Below are positions 9,408 through 18,281 of a stretch of DNA of 45,309 nt, one piece after another. The stretch's first letter is position 1; the number at the start of each line of letters is the position of its first letter. Made by a program: the position numbers and the translations under genes. Source of the DNA: an uncultured Candidatus Saccharibacteria bacterium (GTDB taxonomy: Bacteria > Patescibacteriota > Minisyncoccia > Ryanbacterales > 2-02-FULL-48-12). Location: contig CAYGFT010000001.1 of NCBI GenBank assembly GCA_964349275.1, forward strand, positions 20,795 to 66,103, read 5' to 3'. The notes below the pieces were generated by a model. That model saw only the letters and a program-made list of their open reading frames with translations, was not told the origin of the DNA and searched no databases.

Positions 9408-10255
9408 TGAGTTGGCTTTCCCAAATTTTCTGGAGGGTGATGCTCATAACGGGTCTCAACACTGCATATATGCGTTTTGGACCTCGCCGACTCACTATCC
9501 TCGGATATCACAGCGTTTCTGACCCAAAAAATCAGCGTGAACTCCACGGTGAACTCTATCGGCATCTTTCGGTACCTGCGGATGTATTTGAGCGCGAGAT
9601 GCAATATTTGAAAGATCGTGGCTACACGTTTATCTCGTTTGCGGATCTTGCCGCTATCGAACGCAAAGAGCGTCCGATGCCGCCACGCCCGGTGATGGTA
9701 TATTTTGATGATGGGTACCGGGATAATTTTATAAATGCATATCCGATTTTAAAAAAAATGGAGATTCCCGCAACGCTGTTTATTGCGGTTGATTGTGTAG
9801 AGGGGCGTGGTAATCCCTGGGGAGCAACGGTGAGTGATGTTGCAGGTGTGTTTCTTTCCTGGGATGAAATACGAAACATGAAGGGTGTGTTTTCGCTTGG
9901 TACACATACCATGTCGCATCGTAAACTTGTTGCTTTACTACCGGAGGAGGTGCGGCACGAGCTTGCAGAATCCCGTCGGATTATCGAGGAACGCACCGGG
10001 GAGCCGGTTATTGCAATTTCATATCCCAAGAGCAGATGGAATCTCGAGGTGCAAAAGATTGCAGAAGATTTGGGATTTTCATATATACTTTCGCATGATC
10101 GCGGAGCCAATTACGGCCCCCCATATAAATTTTTAAATAAAATTCCCATAGGACCACGTGATACCTTTGTACTATTTCGAGCCAAGCTGGGAGCGTATTA
10201 TCCGCTCATACGACTATTGCACCGCCTGATTTCTGTGTGGCCGGTAAAAAAATAA
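9404..10255 (+). CDS. Polysaccharide deacetylase (NodB homology domain) with an N-terminal TM helix
   Basis: ILGYHSVS, VMVYFDDGYRDN (the metal-binding DD motif region), LGTHTMSHRKL. ATGA overlap with the upstream gene. Confidence 0.8.
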   Translation: MMSWLSQIFWRVMLITGLNTAYMRFGPRRLTILGYHSVSDPKNQRELHGELYRHLSVPADVFEREMQYLKDRGYTFISFADLAAIERKERPMPPRPVMVYFDDGYRDNFINAYPILKKMEIPATLFIAVDCVEGRGNPWGATVSDVAGVFLSWDEIRNMKGVFSLGTHTMSHRKLVALLPEEVRHELAESRRIIEERTGEPVIAISYPKSRWNLEVQKIAEDLGFSYILSHDRGANYGPPYKFLNKIPIGPRDTFVLFRAKLGAYYPLIRLLHRLISVWPVKK

Positions 10256-10258
10256 TTC

Positions 10259-11014
10259 ATGACTAAGACTTCTGCAAAAACCAACCCCATAGTATATCGC
10301 CGGTATGGCCTACTGACTTCGGCACGAGTGATCTTGGATGATGATCTCTTCTTGGAGATGATCAAACGTCCCCGGCATGCGTATATTGTGGCTATCTCGC
10401 ATCAGGTGTTATCGGTGCCGGATACGATAAAAATAAAGCACAAAAAAACTATCAACATATATCTTGAAGGGAAGTTGGAAGAGGTATTTGCGCATTTCAA
10501 TGATACGGCACGAAATGAGGTGCGCAAAACATTCAAGATGCCGGAGTTTTCTGTCTCGCACAATGATAATAATTGGGGTGTAGTATATGCGCTGTACAAA
10601 AAATTTCGTATTGCAAAGCATCTGGAGCTACGGCCGGTTGCATTTTTACAATCATGCCTTCTTTTCAATGCATATTACAAGGGCGAGCTCATCTCTTCGA
10701 TTACCTGCTACGATGTATTTCCTAATTTGCGCATCCAAAATATATTCTCCAAACTTGATGGTGGAGACAAGGAGCTTCGCAAGATTGTCGGGCATGCTAC
10801 GCGCCGCCTCATGTATGAGATTTGTAAATATGGTAATGAGCGCGGGTATCGTCTCTTGGATCTCGCGTCTGCCAATTTTACCAATCCCGCTAAGGCTGGC
10901 ATCACCGCATTTAAAAGCTCATTTGGGGGCAAGATAGAGGATGAGTATACGTACACCTATCGGAGCCCGCTGGTACGAATGGCGGGCGGTTTATTTTCAT
11001 TTTTGAAACAATAA
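10259..11014 (+). CDS. Putative GNAT-fold acyltransferase, FemAB/CelD-like
   Basis: The C-terminal region RRLMYEICKYGNERGYRLLDLASAN...AGITAFKSSFGG resembles the FemAB-like acetyltransferase domain. The call is weak and by eye only. Confidence 0.4.
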   Translation: MTKTSAKTNPIVYRRYGLLTSARVILDDDLFLEMIKRPRHAYIVAISHQVLSVPDTIKIKHKKTINIYLEGKLEEVFAHFNDTARNEVRKTFKMPEFSVSHNDNNWGVVYALYKKFRIAKHLELRPVAFLQSCLLFNAYYKGELISSITCYDVFPNLRIQNIFSKLDGGDKELRKIVGHATRRLMYEICKYGNERGYRLLDLASANFTNPAKAGITAFKSSFGGKIEDEYTYTYRSPLVRMAGGLFSFLKQ

Positions 11015-11016
11015 TC

Positions 11017-12069
11017 ATGGCTATACTTTTTTTTACCAAGGGGGATAAAACAGTAGCATCCAGCCGTCAGCGGGTGTGGTTGTTGGCGGAGCGTCTTGGG
11101 GCAACATATGGATACACCTATGATATTTTGTTCGATATTCGGTATCCATTTTTTTCTCTATCTCGAAGAAGACTTCAAAAGATTACGGAAGTGGCTACAA
11201 AGATTTTTATGCGCTCCCCAGATACGCTTTTTGTGCACAAATCTCTTTTTTCATGGGATGTGATTGCGTTGATTGTATTGGCAAAATTGGTTTTGCGTAA
11301 AAAGCTCATATATGATTTGGATGATGCCGAGTGGGTGCACTCTGGTGTAAAAACAAGACTCTTAGTTCGTCTCGCGGATGTGGTTTTTTGCGGGTCGCAA
11401 GTGATACAAGAGTGGGTACAAAAATATGCGCGACGGGCAGAGTTCGTACCAACCGTATTGGATGCCGATATATATGCGGTGTATACCATACGGTATGAGC
11501 CGCACGAACCCTATACGATAGGTTGGACAGGCACTGGCATGTCGCATTTTAGAGACGGTCTTTTTGCTATAGTAAAACCTGCTCTGGAGCTTTTAAGCAA
11601 AAGTGGTATGACATTTCGTTTTGTAGTGCTTGGTGCGCAAGGGTACCAGCCGCTCAAGGAGTATTTTAAAAATGTGCCGTTCGAGACTATATGGGTAGAT
11701 GAAGTAAATTGGGCGGATCCACACGCAGTGCCTGCACTTATGCAAACGTATCGGTTTGATATAGGGCTTATGCCGCAAAATGACACCCCGTTTAATCGTG
11801 CAAAGTGCTCATTTAAAGCGATAGAGTATATGGCCTGTGGCATACCGACGATAGCATCTCCTGTAGGGGAGAGCCGTGTTCTTATAGAGGATGGGGTGAA
11901 TGGTTTTTTAACTGACTCTACAAAAGGGTGGTTTGAAAAGATGCAGATGCTCTTGACTCATGAAGATATGCGAGAGGCCATGGGGAAGAGTGCGCAAAAG
12001 ACCATACGAGATCGGTATTCGTATGAGGCGATACTCCCCCGTGTGTATGAGGTTATGAAAAACCTCTAG
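11017..12069 (+). CDS. GT4-type glycosyltransferase
   Basis: EX7E region SFKAIEYMACGIPTIASPVGESRVLIEDGVNGFL. 350 aa. Confidence 0.8.
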   Translation: MAILFFTKGDKTVASSRQRVWLLAERLGATYGYTYDILFDIRYPFFSLSRRRLQKITEVATKIFMRSPDTLFVHKSLFSWDVIALIVLAKLVLRKKLIYDLDDAEWVHSGVKTRLLVRLADVVFCGSQVIQEWVQKYARRAEFVPTVLDADIYAVYTIRYEPHEPYTIGWTGTGMSHFRDGLFAIVKPALELLSKSGMTFRFVVLGAQGYQPLKEYFKNVPFETIWVDEVNWADPHAVPALMQTYRFDIGLMPQNDTPFNRAKCSFKAIEYMACGIPTIASPVGESRVLIEDGVNGFLTDSTKGWFEKMQMLLTHEDMREAMGKSAQKTIRDRYSYEAILPRVYEVMKNL

Positions 12070-12078
12070 TAGCAATAT

Positions 12079-12103
12079 AAAACCCGTCTTGCCAACGAGT
12101 TTT
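12079..12103. terminator. Weak bidirectional hairpin between convergent operons
   Basis: AAAACCCGT-cttgcca-ACGAGTTTT forms a 9-bp stem with one mismatch. It is flanked by an A-run and a T-run, and lies between the stops at 12069 (+) and 12138 (-). Confidence 0.3.
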
Positions 12104-12137
12104 ACTAAGAGTAGTGTGATCCTAAGCAAGAAGCATC

Positions 12138-12815
12138 TTAGTATTCTATAAGTTCTTTACCGGTGATGAGATAGCACTTGGTAATAGAGGGTATTTTTTT
12201 TATTGTTTCCATAAATACATTTGCCTCCATTGGGTCTTTCAGGTGCAGGGAGAAGGCGTACTCGGTTTCTTGGGCAGTTTTTTTGGCGTGGAGGAGTTCA
12301 TTGTACTGTGTGTATTTTTCAAAAGCAGTATTCAAAACATCAGGCGAGAGCCCTGATCCTCCCTCAATAGTCAGGAGGAACCCGGTGCGTTCTCCCGAGC
12401 CAAAGTTTGCGCGATAGAGGATAAGTATAATTGCGGATATGACGATGGTAGCGATCGCGGCAATGGTATAGTTGTTGGTACCCACGGCGACACCCACGGT
12501 GAGAGAAAAGAAGAGAAATGCGACATCACGCGTCTCTTTGATAATAGTACGGAAGCGAATCAGCGAGAATGCACCCAGCAGTGCGAATGCACCGATGAGA
12601 TTATTCTGCACAATCATCATGACGACCGCGGCCAAGGGAGCAAGCATGGCGATCGTAAATGCAAACGATTGCGAGTAGGAGAGTCCCTTGTGGGTGCGGC
12701 GCCAAAGCCAGACGATGGCCATACCGAGCGCAAAAGCAAACACGATATTGAAAAGAATAATCGCGGAGCTCGTCTCGGTCTGGGCAAGGTTGTAGAAGTT
12801 GGTAAGTGGGTTCAT
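12138..12815 (-). CDS. DUF4956-family membrane protein
   Basis: 4-5 TM segments followed by a soluble C-terminal domain. The signature LIRFRTIIKETRDVAFLFFSL is shared with the paralog at 28135..28794. It lies directly downstream of the VTC gene. Confidence 0.75.
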   Translation of the reverse strand: MNPLTNFYNLAQTETSSAIILFNIVFAFALGMAIVWLWRRTHKGLSYSQSFAFTIAMLAPLAAVVMMIVQNNLIGAFALLGAFSLIRFRTIIKETRDVAFLFFSLTVGVAVGTNNYTIAAIATIVISAIILILYRANFGSGERTGFLLTIEGGSGLSPDVLNTAFEKYTQYNELLHAKKTAQETEYAFSLHLKDPMEANVFMETIKKIPSITKCYLITGKELIEY

Positions 12816-12821
12816 GGTGTT

Positions 12822-13547
12822 TTAGTGGGGGAGCGGATTATGCCTATAAAATGTATCTATGCTGTGACCATACTTGGAAAAGCTCTCCCGGCGGATATCA
12901 AGTTTTTTTATCATACTATGGAACCAAGCAGGCAGTCTAGTTGCAAATTTCACTTCCATGATAATTTGCTCGGTAATGCGATCGGCAAAAGGCTGTGGGG
13001 AGAGGTCGCTGGCGCGGGCGCATCGGATATCTTCGTCAAAAGTAATGCGCAGCGTCTCATCGTCTTCCTGGAGAAACGGGGTGCGTTTGTAGCGTACATG
13101 GGCGGTAGGGCGTCGTCCCTCCTGAAGCATATACCAGACAAACTCTGCAATGGCGGCCTTATCCGCCTCTGGACGCGAATGGTTGCCCAGCAAAGAGGCG
13201 TATGATTGACGGGAGAGTACCTGCCACTCGTCCCGGGAGAGGAGTGCTCGCGTCTTTTGAAATGCCATATCGTGTTTTTTCTTTGTCTCAATCCAAACGG
13301 GTGACTCCCCATCCCAATAGTCGGCATAAATACGTGCTCGTAGTTTTTTACGTTCCAAAAACCCGCCGCTTTTATCATAATAATCCCCAAGTTGTGGTGT
13401 ATCGAAATAAAGGCTTGTTACGATATACCAGCCTTGCGTGCCTGCTGCAGGGTCTCGCTCCATGAGTTGCGCCACAATGTCTCGCGCCGCGTGAGCTTGT
13501 GCGGAGTTCAGTACATATTTAAATTCAAATCGTGTTGTTGGTTTCAT
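12822..13547 (-). CDS. VTC-domain protein (polyphosphate polymerase-like triphosphate tunnel metalloenzyme/CYTH fold)
   Basis: N-terminal RFEFKYVL (ExK motif). Alternating charged beta-strand motifs LRARIY, WIETKKK, RITFDED, IMEVKF. About 240 aa, as is typical for bacterial VTC proteins. ATGA overlap with CotH. Confidence 0.8.
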   Translation of the reverse strand: MKPTTRFEFKYVLNSAQAHAARDIVAQLMERDPAAGTQGWYIVTSLYFDTPQLGDYYDKSGGFLERKKLRARIYADYWDGESPVWIETKKKHDMAFQKTRALLSRDEWQVLSRQSYASLLGNHSRPEADKAAIAEFVWYMLQEGRRPTAHVRYKRTPFLQEDDETLRITFDEDIRCARASDLSPQPFADRITEQIIMEVKFATRLPAWFHSMIKKLDIRRESFSKYGHSIDTFYRHNPLPH

Positions 13548-15841
13548 GGGGTAAATTCGTAGGATGAATATTCATCTTTTTTTATTTCTTCGCCATTATC
13601 TTTAAATATCACACCAGTGATGCGCGCATGCGCTCCGCCAAAAATCTGTTTTTTACGATAGAGGGAGATACCGATACTATTTTGTACAATAGCACCTCCT
13701 TGGATAACTGCATCTGCCTGGTCTTTGACTGCTATACCAATGGAACAGTTGGAAATAGTATTGTGCTCGATATGCGGTCGTGATCGCTCGCCTATACTTA
13801 TGCCTTTGTCGCTACAACCATACACGGTGTTGTCTCGTATAATTGCTTTGGCAAAACTAATGTCCATAGCGTCTCCCAAGAGATTTGGGTCGGTCGCCCT
13901 GCCAATGGGCGTCTGGAAGACGTTGCGTTCAATAACAGTATCATTGTAGTCAATATCAATTGCATCTGAAAATGTATTACGAAACACCGAGTCGCTAATG
14001 ACGGCTTTGCCGTATTTGATGTTGAGCGCATCATCGTCGTAGGTGTCAGAGAATGTGGCATGTCGTATTTCTGCGGTGTTGTCGCCATGGAGTGCGAGCA
14101 TGCCGGTGGAGGTGACGCCATTTATGGTGCCGCCCGATCCGCCGCTTATAGAGATCCAGATGAATGATGATGATTCGTGTGTATCAAGGACGAGAAATGT
14201 GCCAAATGGTTTGTCGGGAGAAAGCGCTTTTATAGTAATGCGAGCTTGAGGAGTTCCTATAGCTTCCACGGGACTATAAGAAAGGATGCTTACTTTTTGA
14301 TCCAGAAGTACGGTGGTACCGGGGCGTATGATCAGACGAAGATTTGCGGGTATGATGACGGTATTTTTTAAGATTTGGATATTCTTGATGCCAATGGTAC
14401 GAGCGTCTATTTTATGAAATTGTGGGTTTCGGGCAAGAAATGTATCTATGTCGAGCAGGAGATCCGAGAGGTGCTGAAACGCCCCGGGGAATGTGAACGT
14501 GGTCGTTTCTTTGGATGGGATACGTACTTCATTTTCTGGGAGTGTATGGGATGCTTTTTGGAAGTTTGCCTGGATGGCTGTTCGGTAGAGGCGCATCTCG
14601 CTTATCAACGAGAGGTTGTTGTCGAGTTTTACATTATCGCGGAAAAAATCACCTTGATATATCTTGACTAAATTGTCATAGAATGCGAGATCGCCTTTGA
14701 GATTTTGCTCATGTACGGTGTAATTTTTTAGCAGGGCGTTGCGGGCATCGCGGAACTCCGGAATAGAGAACACTCTGCGTGCAAGTGTCTGACTTTCGGT
14801 GTACGCCGCATCGGTGGGTGAGATATCAAATCCGGTATCCCAGCTTATAGGCTCAAATTTACCGGTAGAGGCATTGAAGAATAGCGTGCTATTGTTTTGA
14901 TCGTCTTGATGTGAGCTATTTGCAAGAATGCTTACCACGCTCCAAGCATAGAGTTTTGGAAGATCGATAATATGCGGCGCGAGTTGCTGAAATTCTTTGT
15001 CATTGGTATTTTGTAGGATCTCGATAAGGGTGGTTATCTCATCATGTACTCCACCCTCGATATTTTTTTGATTTTCACTTTTCCAAAGGACCGCCCCTTC
15101 TTTGGTAAATACGGAAAGTTTGCGGAAGTTTGGATGGGTGTCGTCAATGGTAAATAGACTACCAGCGGTGGGGAGTTCATGTCGTTCCACCCAGGAGGGG
15201 GACCAGGATTCATTGGCGAGATACACACCGGCATCCCGCATGTTGATTTTAAGGCGCACGAGTCGCATCTCGGGTGCGAGTACTCCAAGCTTTTGGGCGC
15301 GGTAGATGTTTAGTAGTTCGGCTACCTCGCCACGGTCACTGGGGATGATGAGATTTAACCCTTCCATGCCGTCAAAGAAGTTATTCTGTTTGAAGTTGAT
15401 GCGCCAGGATCGTTTGAGGCTGTTCCAGTGATTGGCATTGGTGCCGCGATAACGCACCTCTACGCGGTCCTGATAGTCACCGGCAAGAAATGTGCCCTTG
15501 ACAGAGATGCGATTGAGTTCGCTCAATTGCCCGCCAATGGGGTCGGTAGGCAGTGAGGACTCTAGCAACTTTAAATCCTCTTCATCAATAATAAGACTGT
15601 AGGTAGGGAGATCGCTTTCGAGGAACCAATAAGGGAGGAAAGCTATGTCAGGGAGTTTTCGAAGTGAATGATAGCTGTGCAGGAAATATTGCACCAGGCT
15701 ATTGCTGATAAGCTGGCGTTTCATCGGTGTAGGAATGTGTTGAGAAAACAAAGAAGCGGCTACAATAAGAGCCGCGAGCATACCGATCGCTATCTTTACT
15801 GTTCGGGCGCCCACAGGTGACGGGTGCTTTAATGAAGCCAT
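13544..15841 (-). CDS. CotH-family kinase-like protein with an N-terminal membrane anchor and a C-terminal right-handed parallel beta-helix domain
   Basis: TM segment VKIAIGMLAALIVAASLF. CotH-like core VEVRYRGTNANHWNSLKRSWRINF. The last ~265 aa contain PbH1-type repeats (DAIDIDYN, DAMDISF, DKGISIGE, NCSIGIAV, NSIGISL). Confidence 0.8.
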   Translation of the reverse strand: MASLKHPSPVGARTVKIAIGMLAALIVAASLFSQHIPTPMKRQLISNSLVQYFLHSYHSLRKLPDIAFLPYWFLESDLPTYSLIIDEEDLKLLESSLPTDPIGGQLSELNRISVKGTFLAGDYQDRVEVRYRGTNANHWNSLKRSWRINFKQNNFFDGMEGLNLIIPSDRGEVAELLNIYRAQKLGVLAPEMRLVRLKINMRDAGVYLANESWSPSWVERHELPTAGSLFTIDDTHPNFRKLSVFTKEGAVLWKSENQKNIEGGVHDEITTLIEILQNTNDKEFQQLAPHIIDLPKLYAWSVVSILANSSHQDDQNNSTLFFNASTGKFEPISWDTGFDISPTDAAYTESQTLARRVFSIPEFRDARNALLKNYTVHEQNLKGDLAFYDNLVKIYQGDFFRDNVKLDNNLSLISEMRLYRTAIQANFQKASHTLPENEVRIPSKETTTFTFPGAFQHLSDLLLDIDTFLARNPQFHKIDARTIGIKNIQILKNTVIIPANLRLIIRPGTTVLLDQKVSILSYSPVEAIGTPQARITIKALSPDKPFGTFLVLDTHESSSFIWISISGGSGGTINGVTSTGMLALHGDNTAEIRHATFSDTYDDDALNIKYGKAVISDSVFRNTFSDAIDIDYNDTVIERNVFQTPIGRATDPNLLGDAMDISFAKAIIRDNTVYGCSDKGISIGERSRPHIEHNTISNCSIGIAVKDQADAVIQGGAIVQNSIGISLYRKKQIFGGAHARITGVIFKDNGEEIKKDEYSSYEFTP

Positions 15842-15849
15842 ATTAGGTG

Positions 15850-15878
15850 ATTGTAGGGGCTAGCTTTTGGTACGTCAA
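15850..15878 (-). promoter_or_regulatory. Sigma70-like promoter for the CotH-VTC-DUF4956 operon, positioned for a leaderless or near-leaderless mRNA
   Basis: The minus strand reads TTGACG, a 17-nt spacer, TACAAT, 8 nt (cacctaat), then ATG at 15841. There is no Shine-Dalgarno sequence. Confidence 0.45.
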
Positions 15879-16035
15879 TGCGCCTTGACTCTATCTATAA
15901 CGTTTTTTTTCGTGGTTTGTTTTTTGGGTATAGGTCATTTATGCTAGAGCTATTGTTATATTTTTTGCGGTATATATGGGACGCGGGTCTCTGTATTTGT
16001 AGCTTATTAACGTGTGCTAGTGGTCTTGCCTGTTT

Positions 16036-17853
16036 ATGCATATTCTAGGAATTTCAGCATTTTATCACGATAGCGCCGCTTGTTTGGTACATGATGGAAA
16101 GATTGTCGCGGCTGCTCAAGAGGAGCGGTTTACTCGCAAAAAACATGATCAGGCATTTCCTAAGCGTGCGGTTGCATACTGTCTCCGTGAGGGGAAGATT
16201 ACTATGGACGATGTCGCGCTTGTGGTGTTTTATGATAAGCCTTTTCTGAAGTTTGAGCGGATTCTCGAGACTTATTTGGCGTATGCTCCGGTTGGCATCA
16301 CTTCATTTGTAAGAGCGATGCCGCTTTGGATAAAGGAAAAACTTTGGATGAAAGAGATTGTGGCGCGCGAGCTTGGATACAAGGGAAAAATGATTTTTCC
16401 CGAACATCATGAGTCGCATGCGGCTTCAGCTTTCTTTGCTTCTCCGTTTGCACATGCCGCTTTCCTTACCATGGATGGAGTCGGAGAGTGGGCTACTACC
16501 AGCTATGGCGTAGGTCATGGTAATAAAATACAGATACATGCAGATATACAATTTCCGCACTCTTTGGGACTCTTGTATTCGGCATTTACGTATTATACGG
16601 GGTTTAAAGTAAATTCCGGTGAATACAAAGTTATGGGTCTTGCGCCGTATGGAGAGCCAAAATACAAGGATTTGATACTCCGTGAACTTATAGATCTCAA
16701 AGAGGATGGATCATTCCATCTAAATATGGATTACTTTGGGTATGCATCCGGGTTGACCATGACTAATGATAAGTTTAATAAACTTTTTGGTGGCAAACCG
16801 CGTAAACCTGAGTCTCCCCTTACACAACGGGAAATGGATCTCGCGCGTTCTCTCCAGGAAGTGACGGAGGAGGTGGTGCTCCGTGTTGCGCGGCATATTC
16901 ATAAAGAAACGGGAGAAAAATATCTGTGTCTTGCAGGAGGGGTGGCACTTAACTGTGTTGCCAACGGCAGATTATTACGCGAAGGACCATTTGATGATAT
17001 TTGGATTCAGCCGGCCTCGGGGGATGCAGGAGGGGCTCTGGGTGCTGCATTGTTTGGGTGGTACCAGTATTCAGGGAACATGCGTGCGGTTGACAATACG
17101 CATGATATTATGCAGGGGTCATATCTCGGGCCCGCATATACGCCGGAGGACATCCGAAGCTTTCTTGATGGAGCAGGTGCATCTTATCGGAAAGTTCCGT
17201 ATGATGAGCTAGCGCGAGACGTGGCAAGACTGCTGGCGGACCAAAAAGTAGTCGGGTGGTTTCAGGGTCGCATGGAATTTGGTCCGCGTGCCTTAGGGAA
17301 CCGCTCTATTATAGGGGACGCACGGTCGCCTGTTATGCAGGAGATGATGAATGTGAAGATAAAATTTCGGGAATCATTTCGGCCCTTCGCTCCTTCGGTG
17401 TTGGTGGAGCGGATGTCAGATTATTTTTTGCTTGATCGCCCGAGTCCCTACATGTTGCTTGTGGCTTGTGTCAGGAAAGAGCGTCAAAAAACAATGACCA
17501 AAGACCAGGATCAGCTTTTTGGGCTTAAAAAGCTCCATGTGCTTCGCTCGGATATTCCTGCAGTTACGCATATAGACTATTCTGCGCGTATTCAAAGCGT
17601 AGATAAAAATACCAATCCTCGATATCATGCACTAATATCCGAGTTTGAAAAGATCACCGGATATGGAATTATTATCAACACGTCTTTCAATGTGCGCGGC
17701 GAACCGATAGTGTGTGCTCCGGAAGATGCCTACCGCTGTTTTATGCGTACGGATATGGATTATTTAATTTTAGGAGATTATATGCTCGCCAAGACTGATC
17801 AAAAACCGCTCGCAAAGGATGTGACATGGCAGAAGGAATTTGTATTAGACTAA
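16036..17853 (+). CDS. Carbamoyltransferase (NodU/CmcH family)
   Basis: N-terminal MHILGISAFYHDSAACLV...AAQEERFTRKKHD. The 605-aa length is typical. The C-terminal domain has FGPRALGNRSI and NTSFNVRGEPIVC. Confidence 0.9.
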   Translation: MHILGISAFYHDSAACLVHDGKIVAAAQEERFTRKKHDQAFPKRAVAYCLREGKITMDDVALVVFYDKPFLKFERILETYLAYAPVGITSFVRAMPLWIKEKLWMKEIVARELGYKGKMIFPEHHESHAASAFFASPFAHAAFLTMDGVGEWATTSYGVGHGNKIQIHADIQFPHSLGLLYSAFTYYTGFKVNSGEYKVMGLAPYGEPKYKDLILRELIDLKEDGSFHLNMDYFGYASGLTMTNDKFNKLFGGKPRKPESPLTQREMDLARSLQEVTEEVVLRVARHIHKETGEKYLCLAGGVALNCVANGRLLREGPFDDIWIQPASGDAGGALGAALFGWYQYSGNMRAVDNTHDIMQGSYLGPAYTPEDIRSFLDGAGASYRKVPYDELARDVARLLADQKVVGWFQGRMEFGPRALGNRSIIGDARSPVMQEMMNVKIKFRESFRPFAPSVLVERMSDYFLLDRPSPYMLLVACVRKERQKTMTKDQDQLFGLKKLHVLRSDIPAVTHIDYSARIQSVDKNTNPRYHALISEFEKITGYGIIINTSFNVRGEPIVCAPEDAYRCFMRTDMDYLILGDYMLAKTDQKPLAKDVTWQKEFVLD

Positions 17854-17857
17854 TACC

Positions 17858-18271
17858 ATGTTTGACGAGATAAAAAATATTGCGAGTGGGAAAAAAGAAC
17901 TTCGTGATTTTGGGTTTGTGGTCGGTGGCGTTCTTGTTGCCGTAAGTATGGTTTTTTGGTGGCTCGAGCGAGAGTCGCATCGCGTCTGGGGTAGTGTGGG
18001 GATCGTTCTGGCAGGAGCAGGTTTGTTTGCGCCATTTATCTTGAAACCGTTGCAAAAAGTCTGGATGGCGTTTGCGGTAGTGATGGGCTGGGTAATGACA
18101 CGGTTTATTTTAGGTGCTTTGTATTATGGAGTATTTACGGTTGTACATGGTATCGGGTGGATTGTAGGAAAGGAGTTTCTTGATATGCGGTATAAGGACG
18201 GGAGTTCTACCTATTGGGTAAAAAGAGCCTCAAGGGATGTCCCCGTATCGGAATATGAACGCCAGTTTTAG
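17858..18271 (+). CDS. SxtJ-family small membrane protein
   Basis: 137 aa with 3-4 TM segments. It has LRDFGFVVGG near the N-terminus and a ...YWVKR...YERQF tail, like SxtJ-type proteins. The start is 4 nt after the carbamoyltransferase stop. Confidence 0.65.
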   Translation: MFDEIKNIASGKKELRDFGFVVGGVLVAVSMVFWWLERESHRVWGSVGIVLAGAGLFAPFILKPLQKVWMAFAVVMGWVMTRFILGALYYGVFTVVHGIGWIVGKEFLDMRYKDGSSTYWVKRASRDVPVSEYERQF

Positions 18272-18281
18272 TGGGGCGCCT

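Noticed and set aside
12669-13205. 178-aa + strand ORF
   Set aside because: It is a shadow ORF antisense to the DUF4956 and VTC genes, which carry clear family motifs. It shows no motifs of its own.
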